DNA of 64,000 bases, taken from the IMG/VR virus record IMGVR_UViG_3300005253_000164; one strand, given 5' to 3'. This document shows positions 1 through 8,819 of the stretch, piece by piece. Positions within the stretch are counted from its first letter, which is position 1. Each line of letters begins with the position of its first letter. Below the pieces are notes generated by a model. It did no database searches. It was not told the DNA's origin and saw only the letters and a list, made by a program, of their open reading frames with translations. Source of the DNA: an uncultured virus (IMG/VR IMGVR_UViG_3300005253_000164) (taxonomy: Duplodnaviria > Heunggongvirae > Uroviricota > Caudoviricetes). The position numbers were made by a program, and so were the translations under genes.

Positions 1-77
1 CCTTATAGCAGTATATCGGTATTACAAAGCCAAATAGAACATAAACAAATCAGTGCCCTTTTATTCTCTCTCTGTCT

Positions 78-680
78 ATGTACTTTATGATGAGAAGAGT
101 ATTATTCTCTATTCTATTACTATCACTCATTATCCCTGTTAGTGGGATTACTGTAGTTGAGGTCGATTATGAGGATGGTGTTAGTCTAGCAAATTACGAT
201 TGGTATGAGGAAGTCATAACATTCACTTTTAGTTCTGTTTTATCTTCTGGTGATAAATATGCAGTTGGTGTTGGATTCGCTCGAATTGATGAAAGCTGTA
301 GTGAAAGTGTTGCAGATAATTATGACGAAGGTATTTATTTTACAATGAGTGAAGCTTCTGATATTGTAGAACACACATATATTGAGCTACTAGGGCTAAT
401 GGCAGATGAAACTACAACTGAGTCTGCAACAGATACATTTTTCGCAAGTGAACCAAATTATGTTTGGGATGCAGACAGCGACAGTCCATATTTTTGTGCT
501 ATGGTGGGTATAGTTTTCCTAACTCCAATTTCTCAAGTAACTATGAATGCTGCTGCAATAAAACTCCATCAATTTGAAGCTCCCAGTTTCTTTGCTTCCA
601 TGCCAGTATCTCCAATTCCAATATTTTTCGGATTTGTAACAATAGTGTTAATATATAGAAGAAAAGAAAACTTAAACTAA
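78..680 (+). CDS. Secreted acidic surface protein with C-terminal TM anchor and basic tail
   Basis: N-terminal signal peptide; C-terminus QFEAP...PIPIFFGFVTIVLIYRRK. Promoter motif spacing suggests the start is the ATG at 87. Confidence 0.75.
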   Translation: MYFMMRRVLFSILLLSLIIPVSGITVVEVDYEDGVSLANYDWYEEVITFTFSSVLSSGDKYAVGVGFARIDESCSESVADNYDEGIYFTMSEASDIVEHTYIELLGLMADETTTESATDTFFASEPNYVWDADSDSPYFCAMVGIVFLTPISQVTMNAAAIKLHQFEAPSFFASMPVSPIPIFFGFVTIVLIYRRKENLN

Positions 681-717
681 ACTTGTTCTTTTTATTTGGA
701 TTGGAATATTGTGATCT

Positions 718-1725
718 ATGAGAAATCGCACTCACAAACGAGTAGCAGACAAGAAGGTTTCCAATATCTCTGGAACAAAAAAACCAACAAATCATAAGAG
801 GAACGTAATCCATAGAAAATCAACGGAACCAAAAATCAAGATCTACAATAAAATCACTTTAAACAAGAAAGAAATAGATTTGATGTTTGCAGCACAAAAT
901 CAAGAGGCTGAATTTTTTGGTGCTATGGACTATGATCCTCTTTCCAAACATCCTTCAGTTATAAGATTAGAGCGAGGAGAGGAAAGTAAGGTGACACGCT
1001 TTGTGAAACGCATAGATGCGGATTATGAAATAGTTTTTCACACACATCCAATTCAACCATTGCCCACCGCCCATCTTGGTCCATCACCTGCCGATTTGTC
1101 AAATATGGCTTTTCGATCAGATGCAACTAAAATGAAACGAAATAAAGAATTTTTAGTTGAAAACGATGGGTTTCTTTACTCTTATTCAATCCCAGATAAA
1201 GCGAGTATGAAGACGTTTAATGATTCACTAAAGAATTTAGAGTATTTTTTAGTTAAAGAAGATAAAACATTATTCAAAGATATTCAGGATTCAGAGCTTG
1301 TGGATATAATTTATTTTGAGATCTGGGAAGAGGCACTTACTAATAACAAAAGTGGAGTTGGAGAGTTAAAGGAATATTTCAATGTTTACCAGAAATACCA
1401 GAATACAAATATTGATACATTTAAACTGTCAAAGCTATCACGAAAAGATAGGATGACAGTAACATCATATCAAAAGAAATTCCCCAAAATTCAAAAAGAA
1501 TTATTCGCAAAATTAGAACAAGAACTTGGTATAGTTATTAAAAAACATCCCAGAGATAAAAATATAAAAACTTATTTAGAAGTTCAGCATAATCCAATGC
1601 GAAAAGGAAGATCCAATCCTCAAAAAAGAGCAAAGAGAATCGCACAGGCAATTGTCTCAAACCCTTCTTATTTTGAAAAGAAAATGCAGAGAGATGCAAA
1701 ACGCATACTTAAAAATCATAAATAG
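718..1725 (+). CDS. JAB/MPN (JAMM)-like metalloprotease with basic N-terminal leader
   Basis: E(FFG)...IVFHTHP-x11-SPAD resembles the JAMM motif E...HxH...SxxD. Confidence 0.6.
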   Translation: MRNRTHKRVADKKVSNISGTKKPTNHKRNVIHRKSTEPKIKIYNKITLNKKEIDLMFAAQNQEAEFFGAMDYDPLSKHPSVIRLERGEESKVTRFVKRIDADYEIVFHTHPIQPLPTAHLGPSPADLSNMAFRSDATKMKRNKEFLVENDGFLYSYSIPDKASMKTFNDSLKNLEYFLVKEDKTLFKDIQDSELVDIIYFEIWEEALTNNKSGVGELKEYFNVYQKYQNTNIDTFKLSKLSRKDRMTVTSYQKKFPKIQKELFAKLEQELGIVIKKHPRDKNIKTYLEVQHNPMRKGRSNPQKRAKRIAQAIVSNPSYFEKKMQRDAKRILKNHK

Positions 1726-1782
1726 AATAAAAACTTAAACCAAACTTTTAATTTATAATACCAATTAGGAATAGGTGATTAT

Positions 1783-2430
1783 ATGGTTAATGGTTCTCAT
1801 AAGAAAAGTCGTTCTCATAAGAGAGTTGCCTCAACGGAGAAGGTTTCTAATATATCTGGAACATCCAACAAAACAAACCAAAATCGAAATATCAAACGCA
1901 AAGTGACACATCGGTTATCAAATTCTCAAAAATATTATGTTATGAGTCTTGAAGAAGGTATAAAGAAAAAATATAAAAAATTTAGAAGAACAAACTCACA
2001 GAAGGATTTTGTAGACTATCAAATGGCAATAGTTCAAGCAAAAGAATTTTATTCTCAAAAAGGACTAACAAGAAAAGATTATCAAGAAATAGATGACATT
2101 CAATTAGAAACGAGTGTCGCCCACTATTATCTCAATGAAAAACAAACAGAAATATTGTTTGATTTGGAAATTGCAATAGTAAGACGTAGAGATAGATATG
2201 AACGCTCTCCAAGTAAAACTCAATTTAGGAAATTAGAGCGACTTATCCAGCACAGAGATAGATTTCTAGCAAATGCAAATAATATTGAAGATGAAGATGA
2301 AGAAGTAGCCATGGTTCAAAAATTGGTAGCTGATAACTCGAAAGTTATTAAAGCACTTTATCTTGAAAAAGAAGATGAAAGAAAAAATAAAGAAAATGAA
2401 AGAAAAAGATATAATATTGAAAATGCTTAA
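1783..2430 (+). CDS. Hypothetical helical protein sharing the N-terminal leader of 718..1725
   Basis: HKRVA..KVSNISGT leader; GGTGA RBS. Confidence 0.7.
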   Translation: MVNGSHKKSRSHKRVASTEKVSNISGTSNKTNQNRNIKRKVTHRLSNSQKYYVMSLEEGIKKKYKKFRRTNSQKDFVDYQMAIVQAKEFYSQKGLTRKDYQEIDDIQLETSVAHYYLNEKQTEILFDLEIAIVRRRDRYERSPSKTQFRKLERLIQHRDRFLANANNIEDEDEEVAMVQKLVADNSKVIKALYLEKEDERKNKENERKRYNIENA

Positions 2431-2828
2431 ATATCATTAATAGAATGTTTATTCATTATCTCGTCTAGTTCTTCTTTAGAAAATTTAGAGTAATATGCTA
2501 TTTTAATTGCATTCCAATCTGCTTGGATTAGGTAGGCATCTAATGTTGCTGATGAGAATGATTTTTTAATATCTTTCTTGAAATAACCAATCTTATCCAG
2601 GATATATCCAATTGATCCAAACACAAATAAAATGATTGTAAATCCAAGTAAAGTCTCATTTATAGATAATCCCACACCAGTAACACCAAGGAAAATTAAG
2701 AAATATAGAAAGGTGTTTAATATTCCAACCAGAGGTAATATTTGAATATATGTTTGAGCGATTCTCCATCGTTGTCTAACAATGAAATTAATGGCCTTAT
2801 CCTTAAAGTTCAATGATACCATCCTCAA
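2427..2828 (-). CDS. Small membrane protein with 2 TM segments
   Basis: Two hydrophobic segments; overlaps the end of the upstream glycosyltransferase. Confidence 0.65.
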   Translation of the reverse strand: MRMVSLNFKDKAINFIVRQRWRIAQTYIQILPLVGILNTFLYFLIFLGVTGVGLSINETLLGFTIILFVFGSIGYILDKIGYFKKDIKKSFSSATLDAYLIQADWNAIKIAYYSKFSKEELDEIMNKHSINDI

Positions 2829-3696
2829 TTAGTGTATACAGTGTTTTTTCTCCACTGTGATGTTCTTTAACATAAGCCCTATGAGTTAATTGATTTCCTT
2901 TGTATGAATCAAAATCTATCCCATTTTCATCTATCTGAACACAATGATCAAACAGTTTATCATCTTCAATTCCATCTTCTCTTAGGTGAACAATTGGGGT
3001 GACATTCATTGCTAATGCCTCCAATCCAATTACTCCGATCCCACCGTATTTTGGCTTATACTGATCTAAAATTAAATCACATCTTTGAAGAAATCTGGGC
3101 ATGAGTGCATGGGGAATATGTCCAGTCTCATTAGTGATGATTTCAATATCAAATTTAGTTTTGGTTTTCTTTAACATTTTCATCATCTTAATGGTTCCCT
3201 CTGACTTCTCTCCAGAAGATGGAAAAACACCAACAACTAATTTTTCTGTTGGTTTAATCTCAAATGGAGGTGGCTTGAATAGTTCAAGGTCCACTATTCT
3301 ATGCAACAAAGTAAAATAAGCAGAGGTATCAAGCTTTAGCATATCTGGTGTGGAACAATATTGTTTGTGAGAATAATTTCTAGGTGAGAAAAATCGTTCT
3401 CTAATATCGCTCCCATGCCACCAGATAATCGTTTTATCAGCTTTATTGTATGAATGCGGGACTGCATTAAGTATTTCCAGATCTGTTTTGAATAATTTCG
3501 AATATATTGCTTTCTTAAATTTTCGAGAAAAGGGAATTCCCAACGTCTTTCCAATATTAACATATCTATCTGGATAATCGATTAGATCTGTATTTTTGGT
3601 TATGAAATATTTGACATCTGCATCCAAGGTTTTGTGCAACACTCTTCCCAGATTCATACCTTGTGAGGCTGTATTATTAATTATACTGACTTTCAT
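2803..3696 (-). CDS. GT-B (GT4-like) glycosyltransferase
   Basis: DLILDQ...GGIGVIGLEALAM C-terminal GT4-type motif; start MKVSII overlaps the upstream stop (ATGA). Confidence 0.7.
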   Translation of the reverse strand: MKVSIINNTASQGMNLGRVLHKTLDADVKYFITKNTDLIDYPDRYVNIGKTLGIPFSRKFKKAIYSKLFKTDLEILNAVPHSYNKADKTIIWWHGSDIRERFFSPRNYSHKQYCSTPDMLKLDTSAYFTLLHRIVDLELFKPPPFEIKPTEKLVVGVFPSSGEKSEGTIKMMKMLKKTKTKFDIEIITNETGHIPHALMPRFLQRCDLILDQYKPKYGGIGVIGLEALAMNVTPIVHLREDGIEDDKLFDHCVQIDENGIDFDSYKGNQLTHRAYVKEHHSGEKTLYTLIEDGIIEL

Positions 3697-4082
3697 ATAA
3701 GACCTGCCTCCTCTCTCTTTTTCCAATCTTCTTTGTAACAATCATCACACCAATCATTTCCATCATAATATCTGGTTTTCGTAATGTCCTTTTTACATTT
3801 AAAACAAGGAATGCCTTTTGTGAGAGTTAGTGTATTTTTAGCTCTTTTTCCAGTTTGTTCATCAGCACACACAATTTTAATTTTGTGCTCATCAATTAAG
3901 TTAGCTATTGTTCTTTGTAAAGTTCTAAGGGGAATATCTAATATTTTTGAGAGAGAATATGCTGAATGCCCTTCTTTTTCTTTAATTGCATTTAGAATTT
4001 TATTTTTACGCTTCTTGCTTCTTCTACGAAACTTGATCTTTAATTTCAATCTGGCTTTAGTTGTTCTATTTACCGCTTTCAT
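3693..4082 (-). CDS. Winged-HTH transcription regulator with C-terminal Zn finger
   Basis: SAYSLSKILDIPLRTLQRTIANL HTH; CFKC...CDDC. Confidence 0.7.
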   Translation of the reverse strand: MKAVNRTTKARLKLKIKFRRRSKKRKNKILNAIKEKEGHSAYSLSKILDIPLRTLQRTIANLIDEHKIKIVCADEQTGKRAKNTLTLTKGIPCFKCKKDITKTRYYDGNDWCDDCYKEDWKKREEAGLI

Positions 4083-4196
4083 CGATTACCACTATTAATG
4101 GATAATATATAATATCTGGTATGTTATTATTTGTAGTTTGACGATTAATAATAAAATGATATTTTTATATTCCAGAGAAGGAAAGGAATTAAATAA

Positions 4197-5303
4197 ATGA
4201 AAGTATTAGCAATTACTGGAACTAGACCACAGATAATCAAAATGGGGTTATTAATTAAGAAACTTCGGATAAAAGGACATAACGTATATCACGTAGATAC
4301 TGGACAACACTATGACAAGGAATTGTACGATGATATATATTCTTCTCTCAAATTTGAAAAACCAAATATAAATCTAGAAGTTGGATCCTCATCACATGCG
4401 ATTCAAACTGCAACAATGATGATGAAAATCGAAAAAATACTCCTCTGTAAAGAATTTGACGTTGTAATTGTTATTGGTGATACAAACACTACGTTAGCAG
4501 GTGCTTTAACCGCATCAAAAATGAATATCCCTGTTTGTCATTTGGAAGCAGGATTAAGAACTAACGATCTTGCTATGCCAGAGGAACTAAATAGAATTAT
4601 CGCAGATAATGTTTCTGATATACTGTTTGTTCCAACCACCCATGCACTACGTACTCTACTAGGGGAAAGCTTTGCAGATGAACGTCTAGAGATGCTTGGT
4701 GATACAAGCTATGATACAATACTTCATGCACATGATCTCTACGATCCAACATTAGATTTAATTGCGCAAGATATTCCTCAAAAATATTTCTTAGCAACAA
4801 TTCATCGACCTAGAAATACAGATGCCATTGAATCATTAAAAAAAATACTTTTTCTATTCAATACATTGTGTGAGCCTGTAATATTGCCTCTGCACCCACG
4901 AACAAGACAGGCAATGGTCCAATTCGGATTGAATGATAAGGAATACCCTAATATTCAATTTATTCAGCCAGTAGATTACATGCAAATGTTTTCGCTTATG
5001 AAGGGATGTCTTGCGATTTTAACTGATAGTGGTGGGATTCAAAAAGAGGCATATATGCACAAAAAACAATGCTTCACGCTTTTCCCTTCAACATCTTGGG
5101 TTGAAACTTTATTAAGTGGTGCAAATATTTTAGTAGATATAACAAATGACAATTCTATTAAGACTGTATTAAATACAGGAATAGAGCTTTCTGAAGGTAA
5201 ATCATTAGATGAGAAGATATTTCAACAAAAACTATTTGGTGATGGCCAGGCGACAGATAAAATTATCGAGTGTATTGAAAAAAGATACGGTGAAACAAAA
5301 TGA
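4197..5303 (+). CDS. wecB: UDP-N-acetylglucosamine 2-epimerase (non-hydrolysing)
   Basis: GTRPQ, TGQHYD, GDT, HLEAGLR, PEELNR and TDSGGIQKEA motifs. Confidence 0.92.
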   Translation: MKVLAITGTRPQIIKMGLLIKKLRIKGHNVYHVDTGQHYDKELYDDIYSSLKFEKPNINLEVGSSSHAIQTATMMMKIEKILLCKEFDVVIVIGDTNTTLAGALTASKMNIPVCHLEAGLRTNDLAMPEELNRIIADNVSDILFVPTTHALRTLLGESFADERLEMLGDTSYDTILHAHDLYDPTLDLIAQDIPQKYFLATIHRPRNTDAIESLKKILFLFNTLCEPVILPLHPRTRQAMVQFGLNDKEYPNIQFIQPVDYMQMFSLMKGCLAILTDSGGIQKEAYMHKKQCFTLFPSTSWVETLLSGANILVDITNDNSIKTVLNTGIELSEGKSLDEKIFQQKLFGDGQATDKIIECIEKRYGETK

Positions 5304-6454
5304 ATAAATTATCTAAGGATCTTAAAATTTTACATTTTAGTAAGATTATACCCGATGGTAGAGTAGAACGAATTGCTACTCTAGGAAATAGATTAGGATG
5401 TAAGTGCTATTTTGTAGGTAAAAAATTAGGTAAATCCGCATTAAACATAGATCCATTTATAGAAAAGTTCGAAGTCTCTATACGACCTATACATCTGGTT
5501 TTACCCGCATGGTCAAAACCCGCAGATGAGCTTAAAGAAGTTATTCTCAAAGTAAAACCCGATATAATTCATGCTCACGATATTCACTATTTCAAATTTG
5601 CTGAGATGGTTGTAAAATCTTTGAAACTTAATATTCCGATGGTTTATGATTCACATGAATATTGGTCATTGCAGATAAAACACAGGCGAGAAGGTATAAA
5701 ATATTATCTTAATCCTGTTAGGTTAACTTCTACTATATTACAAAGAATATTACTTCCCATCTGGGAAAAGAGATTTCTTAGAAAATATCCAGTAATTACA
5801 GTTTCAGAAAAAATTCGCAAGGAGTTTTTAAAGAAAAAAGGAAAGAACGTCTTTGTAATAAACAACATGCCACTCAAACAGGAAATAGATAACATCGAAT
5901 ATGATGATGTGCAAAGTCAAGATCAAGTTATATTATCCTATATAGGTTCGCCAGTAGATGAAGATGTTTCTATTTCATATAGGGATACAACTAAACTACT
6001 ACACCTGTTTAATGGGGATAATATAAATTCTAAATTATTAATTCTTGGAAGTGATCCGTCATTAACTGGGCGAAATATTGATAGTGTTGGAAAAGTAGAA
6101 CATAGTGAATGTATTCGTGTTTTGGCTAGATCACATATAGGTACTCAAGGATTTGAACCACACGAAGTTTTAGCATATTGTGATCCCAATAAAATATATC
6201 AATATGCTCATGCTGGACTATTAATTCTAATGCCACAAATAATGCTTGATAATAGTCTTAGTAGTTTAAAGGATATTTCGATTGGATATAATTCTCTCAC
6301 AGATACAGCAAATATTATAGAAAATAACAAAGATAGAATCTTAAAACATTCACACCAAAAGATAAGGCAATGGGCAAAAGAACACCTTATAATGGATAAA
6401 TTTCAAGAAACACTTGAATCTGTATATATATTAGCAAGAAGTAAAAATAAGTGA
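5300..6454 (+). CDS. GT4-family glycosyltransferase
   Basis: DGRV, PDIIHAHD, YDSHEYW, ITVSE and PNKIYQY motifs; ATGA coupling to wecB. Confidence 0.8.
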   Translation: MNKLSKDLKILHFSKIIPDGRVERIATLGNRLGCKCYFVGKKLGKSALNIDPFIEKFEVSIRPIHLVLPAWSKPADELKEVILKVKPDIIHAHDIHYFKFAEMVVKSLKLNIPMVYDSHEYWSLQIKHRREGIKYYLNPVRLTSTILQRILLPIWEKRFLRKYPVITVSEKIRKEFLKKKGKNVFVINNMPLKQEIDNIEYDDVQSQDQVILSYIGSPVDEDVSISYRDTTKLLHLFNGDNINSKLLILGSDPSLTGRNIDSVGKVEHSECIRVLARSHIGTQGFEPHEVLAYCDPNKIYQYAHAGLLILMPQIMLDNSLSSLKDISIGYNSLTDTANIIENNKDRILKHSHQKIRQWAKEHLIMDKFQETLESVYILARSKNK

Positions 6455-6524
6455 GAATAATAATTTATTTATTAAAACTTAAACCGACCAATTAGTTAAA
6501 ATAAAAACTTTGTAAATAGTAGTT

Positions 6525-6668
6525 ATGGCAGAAGAAGACTATGAATGGTATGTCTCTGGAATGGAACAAATCAGTGGTGTCATCGTTGACAATCCAATCC
6601 CATCGATAGCTATAACCCTCATACTTGTTGTAGTTATAGTTTATTTCAAATATTGGCGTAATCGATGA
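6525..6668 (+). CDS. 47-aa single-TM peptide (not in the ORF track)
   Basis: MAEEDYEWYVSGMEQISGVIVDNPIPSIAITLILVVVIVYFKYWRNR; AAAACTTAAAC motif starts 51 nt upstream, as for 718 (51) and 1783 (53). Confidence 0.7.
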   Translation: MAEEDYEWYVSGMEQISGVIVDNPIPSIAITLILVVVIVYFKYWRNR

Positions 6669-6725
6669 TATTAATCGATGTATCATTGATGCTTATCGAT
6701 ATATATCGATATTCCATCCATCGAT
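6661..6725. repeat. Cluster of ATCGAT palindromes
   Basis: ATCGAT at 6661, 6674, 6695, 6705 and 6720, plus ATTGAT at 6685. Confidence 0.85.
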
Positions 6726-6784
6726 GTGCTAATATTTGAATTCAGAACTTATGATTTGTGAAAACCGTATTAGATGACTTTTTA

Positions 6785-6806
6785 TATTTATACATTATTT
6801 ATACAT
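6785..6806 (+). repeat. 11-bp AT-rich tandem repeat, TATTTATACAT x2
   Basis: Exact copies at 6785-6795 and 6796-6806. Confidence 0.85.
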
Positions 6807-6810
6807 TGTA

Positions 6811-6941
6811 CAGGTTGCAGATTTAACCCTTCCAAACCAAAAATCTGCAGCTCTACTTCTTAGGCAGAGGAATGTGGCACCCAATCCACAACTAAAGGGG
6901 AATAGCATCTTGCGTGTGATTTGCTATTTCCTTTTTTTTTT
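6811..6941 (+). ncRNA. Candidate structured non-coding RNA or ssDNA structural element
   Basis: Stems 6814-6824/6841-6851, 6873-6877/6886-6890 and 6897-6907/6922-6932; TATA-like sequence upstream; T10 tract at the end. Confidence 0.45.
6894..6941 (+). terminator. Hairpin plus oligo-T terminator
   Basis: GGGGAATAGCA...TGCTATTTCC followed by T10. Confidence 0.6.
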
Positions 6942-7254
6942 CAATAAAATCCGACATACAACCAATAAAATCCGAGACTTTAAATTAGAAATAAAGAACG
7001 AAAAACTATGGAAATTGCAGATTGGCGACTCATTCAAATGGGATTAAGACAAGTATTCATAATAGTGGTCAATGAAGGATCTAAAGATGAGAAAAACATA
7101 AAATGTCTAAACGAAAATTGTGGTGAACAATATTTTATTATTATTAGTAGTGTGTTCAAAGGGCCGCTCACAATTAGATGTATATACTGTTGTACAGAAG
7201 CCATTTATCAGAAAGTTAATTGAGATATTACTATGTATTATCAATAAAATCCGA
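6942..7254 (+). promoter_or_regulatory. CAATAAAATCCGA direct repeat, three copies
   Basis: At 6942, 6963 and 7242; the last two directly precede TTTAAA/TTAAATA boxes upstream of 7008 and 7291. Confidence 0.7.
7008..7223 (+). CDS. Small Zn-ribbon protein
   Basis: CLNENC...CIYC. Confidence 0.6.
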   Translation: MEIADWRLIQMGLRQVFIIVVNEGSKDEKNIKCLNENCGEQYFIIISSVFKGPLTIRCIYCCTEAIYQKVN

Positions 7255-7290
7255 GATGTTAAATATCCATAAAATAACTACAATCTTGAA

Positions 7291-8079
7291 GTGACTTCTA
7301 ATATTATCTCAAAAGGAGAGATTCACGAAACAGCTATAATTGGTGATGATGTAAAAATAGGTAAGAATGTGACCATCTATCCTTATGTTGTTATTGAAGG
7401 GATTGTAGAGATTCAAAAAGATGTAACAATTCATTCTTTTACTAATATTTCTGAATCCCCAGAACATAAATATTTATCAAAAAACGATGAAGGTAAAGTT
7501 TTCATTGGAGAGAAAGCAACCCTTTTCCAACATACAGCAATCACAATACCAACAACTTCAAAAGAAACACATATTGGGAAACGAGCTTTTCTCATGGGTG
7601 GAGCACATATTGGTCATGATTGTATTGTCATGGATGATGGTATTGTAGGTGGAAATGGCATGATGGCAGGGCATTCAGTTTTGGGGAAAGGTGCATTTCT
7701 TGGAGACAGTGCAACAATTCATCAATGGACTGTGGTTGGAGCACACTCAATGATTGGAATGAATTGTCCAGTAAGACATAATGTTCTTCCATTCACAATC
7801 GCATATGGCTCACCCCCATTCTGGAAAAATATAAATCAAATTGGATTTGATAGATCTGGAATACCAATAGAAGAAAAATATTTCTTAGAAGCATTCTATA
7901 CAGGAAATATTAATGAGTATTCACTTCTTGGATTAACTAAAAAATTAGAGGAATTAAAATCTGATATTGGACCCTATCCAACAATGGATGCACTATTCAG
8001 AGAATTCATAGATCAAATTAATACAATAAGAAAATCTTCTAATACTAATAAGGGAAAATTTGTGAGGTGGAAAGAATGA
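7291..8079 (+). CDS. LpxA-like left-handed beta-helix acyltransferase
   Basis: Hexapeptide repeats; AHIGHDC, AGHS and IHQ match the LpxA catalytic His motifs; C-terminal helical domain. Confidence 0.82.
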   Translation: MTSNIISKGEIHETAIIGDDVKIGKNVTIYPYVVIEGIVEIQKDVTIHSFTNISESPEHKYLSKNDEGKVFIGEKATLFQHTAITIPTTSKETHIGKRAFLMGGAHIGHDCIVMDDGIVGGNGMMAGHSVLGKGAFLGDSATIHQWTVVGAHSMIGMNCPVRHNVLPFTIAYGSPPFWKNINQIGFDRSGIPIEEKYFLEAFYTGNINEYSLLGLTKKLEELKSDIGPYPTMDALFREFIDQINTIRKSSNTNKGKFVRWKE

Positions 8080-8813
8080 TCCCAGAAGGCTTCAATGCAA
8101 TTGTAACAGGTGGAACTAAAGGTATCGGATTGTATATTGCAGAAAAATTGTTATTAATGAGAATGAAAACATTAATTCTATACAAATCTGATGCAGAAGG
8201 AGCAAAAAAAGCTGTAAAAACATTAGAGGCAATTAATGGTGGCAATGTTAATTCATTCCAGTGTGACGTAACTAATTCAAATGATATATTAAATTTAAAA
8301 TTATATTTGAGTGCAACAAATTCACATCCAACTATTCTGGTTAACTGTGCTGGATTCAACAAAGATGCATTGATATGGAGAATGGATGACAGCGATTGGG
8401 ATAGTGTGATCGATGTTACTCTCAAAGGGGCATTCAAAATGTGTAAACTGATTGTTCCCTATATGCGATCACACGATATTGGTGTGATAATCAATGTGTC
8501 CTCTGTCGTTTCTCAAATCGGAGTAGCAGGAACATCAAATTACTCTGCTGCTAAATCTGGATTATTCGGATTTACAAAATCATTAGCAAAAGAACTTGCT
8601 CCAAAAAATATTCGAGTGAATACATTGGCATTAGGATATTTTAATACTGGCATAATTAATTCAGTTCCAACAGAACATTTGGATAAAATCATAGAAGCAG
8701 TTCCTCTGAAAAGATTAGGAACAAATTCAGATATTGGATCTGCAATTGAATTCTTAATAAATTGTAGTTTTTACACAGGGCAAGTGTTGAATGTTAATGG
8801 TGGATTATACTAG
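8076..8813 (+). CDS. FabG/PhaB-like short-chain dehydrogenase/reductase
   Basis: TGGTKGIG, NCAG, NVSS, YSAAK and TGQVLNVNGG; ATGA overlap with the LpxA-like gene. Confidence 0.88.
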   Translation: MIPEGFNAIVTGGTKGIGLYIAEKLLLMRMKTLILYKSDAEGAKKAVKTLEAINGGNVNSFQCDVTNSNDILNLKLYLSATNSHPTILVNCAGFNKDALIWRMDDSDWDSVIDVTLKGAFKMCKLIVPYMRSHDIGVIINVSSVVSQIGVAGTSNYSAAKSGLFGFTKSLAKELAPKNIRVNTLALGYFNTGIINSVPTEHLDKIIEAVPLKRLGTNSDIGSAIEFLINCSFYTGQVLNVNGGLY

Positions 8814-8819
8814 AATTTG

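Noticed and set aside
6492..6686. Minus-strand 64-aa ORF in the track
   Set aside because: It is the shadow of the plus-strand 6525..6668 peptide, which has the conserved promoter motif and a coherent TM architecture.
6811..6941. tRNA or SECIS element
   Set aside because: No acceptor stem, T-loop or anticodon arm, and no in-frame TGA selenoprotein candidate was identified nearby.
6661..7254. CRISPR mini-array
   Set aside because: The repeats are only 6-13 bp with irregular spacing; there is no repeat-spacer periodicity and no cas genes.
7291..8079. Lipid A biosynthesis (true lpxA), implying a Gram-negative chromosome
   Set aside because: No lpxB/C/D, fabZ or ACP in the window, and the expression signals look archaeal, so the gene symbol is withheld.
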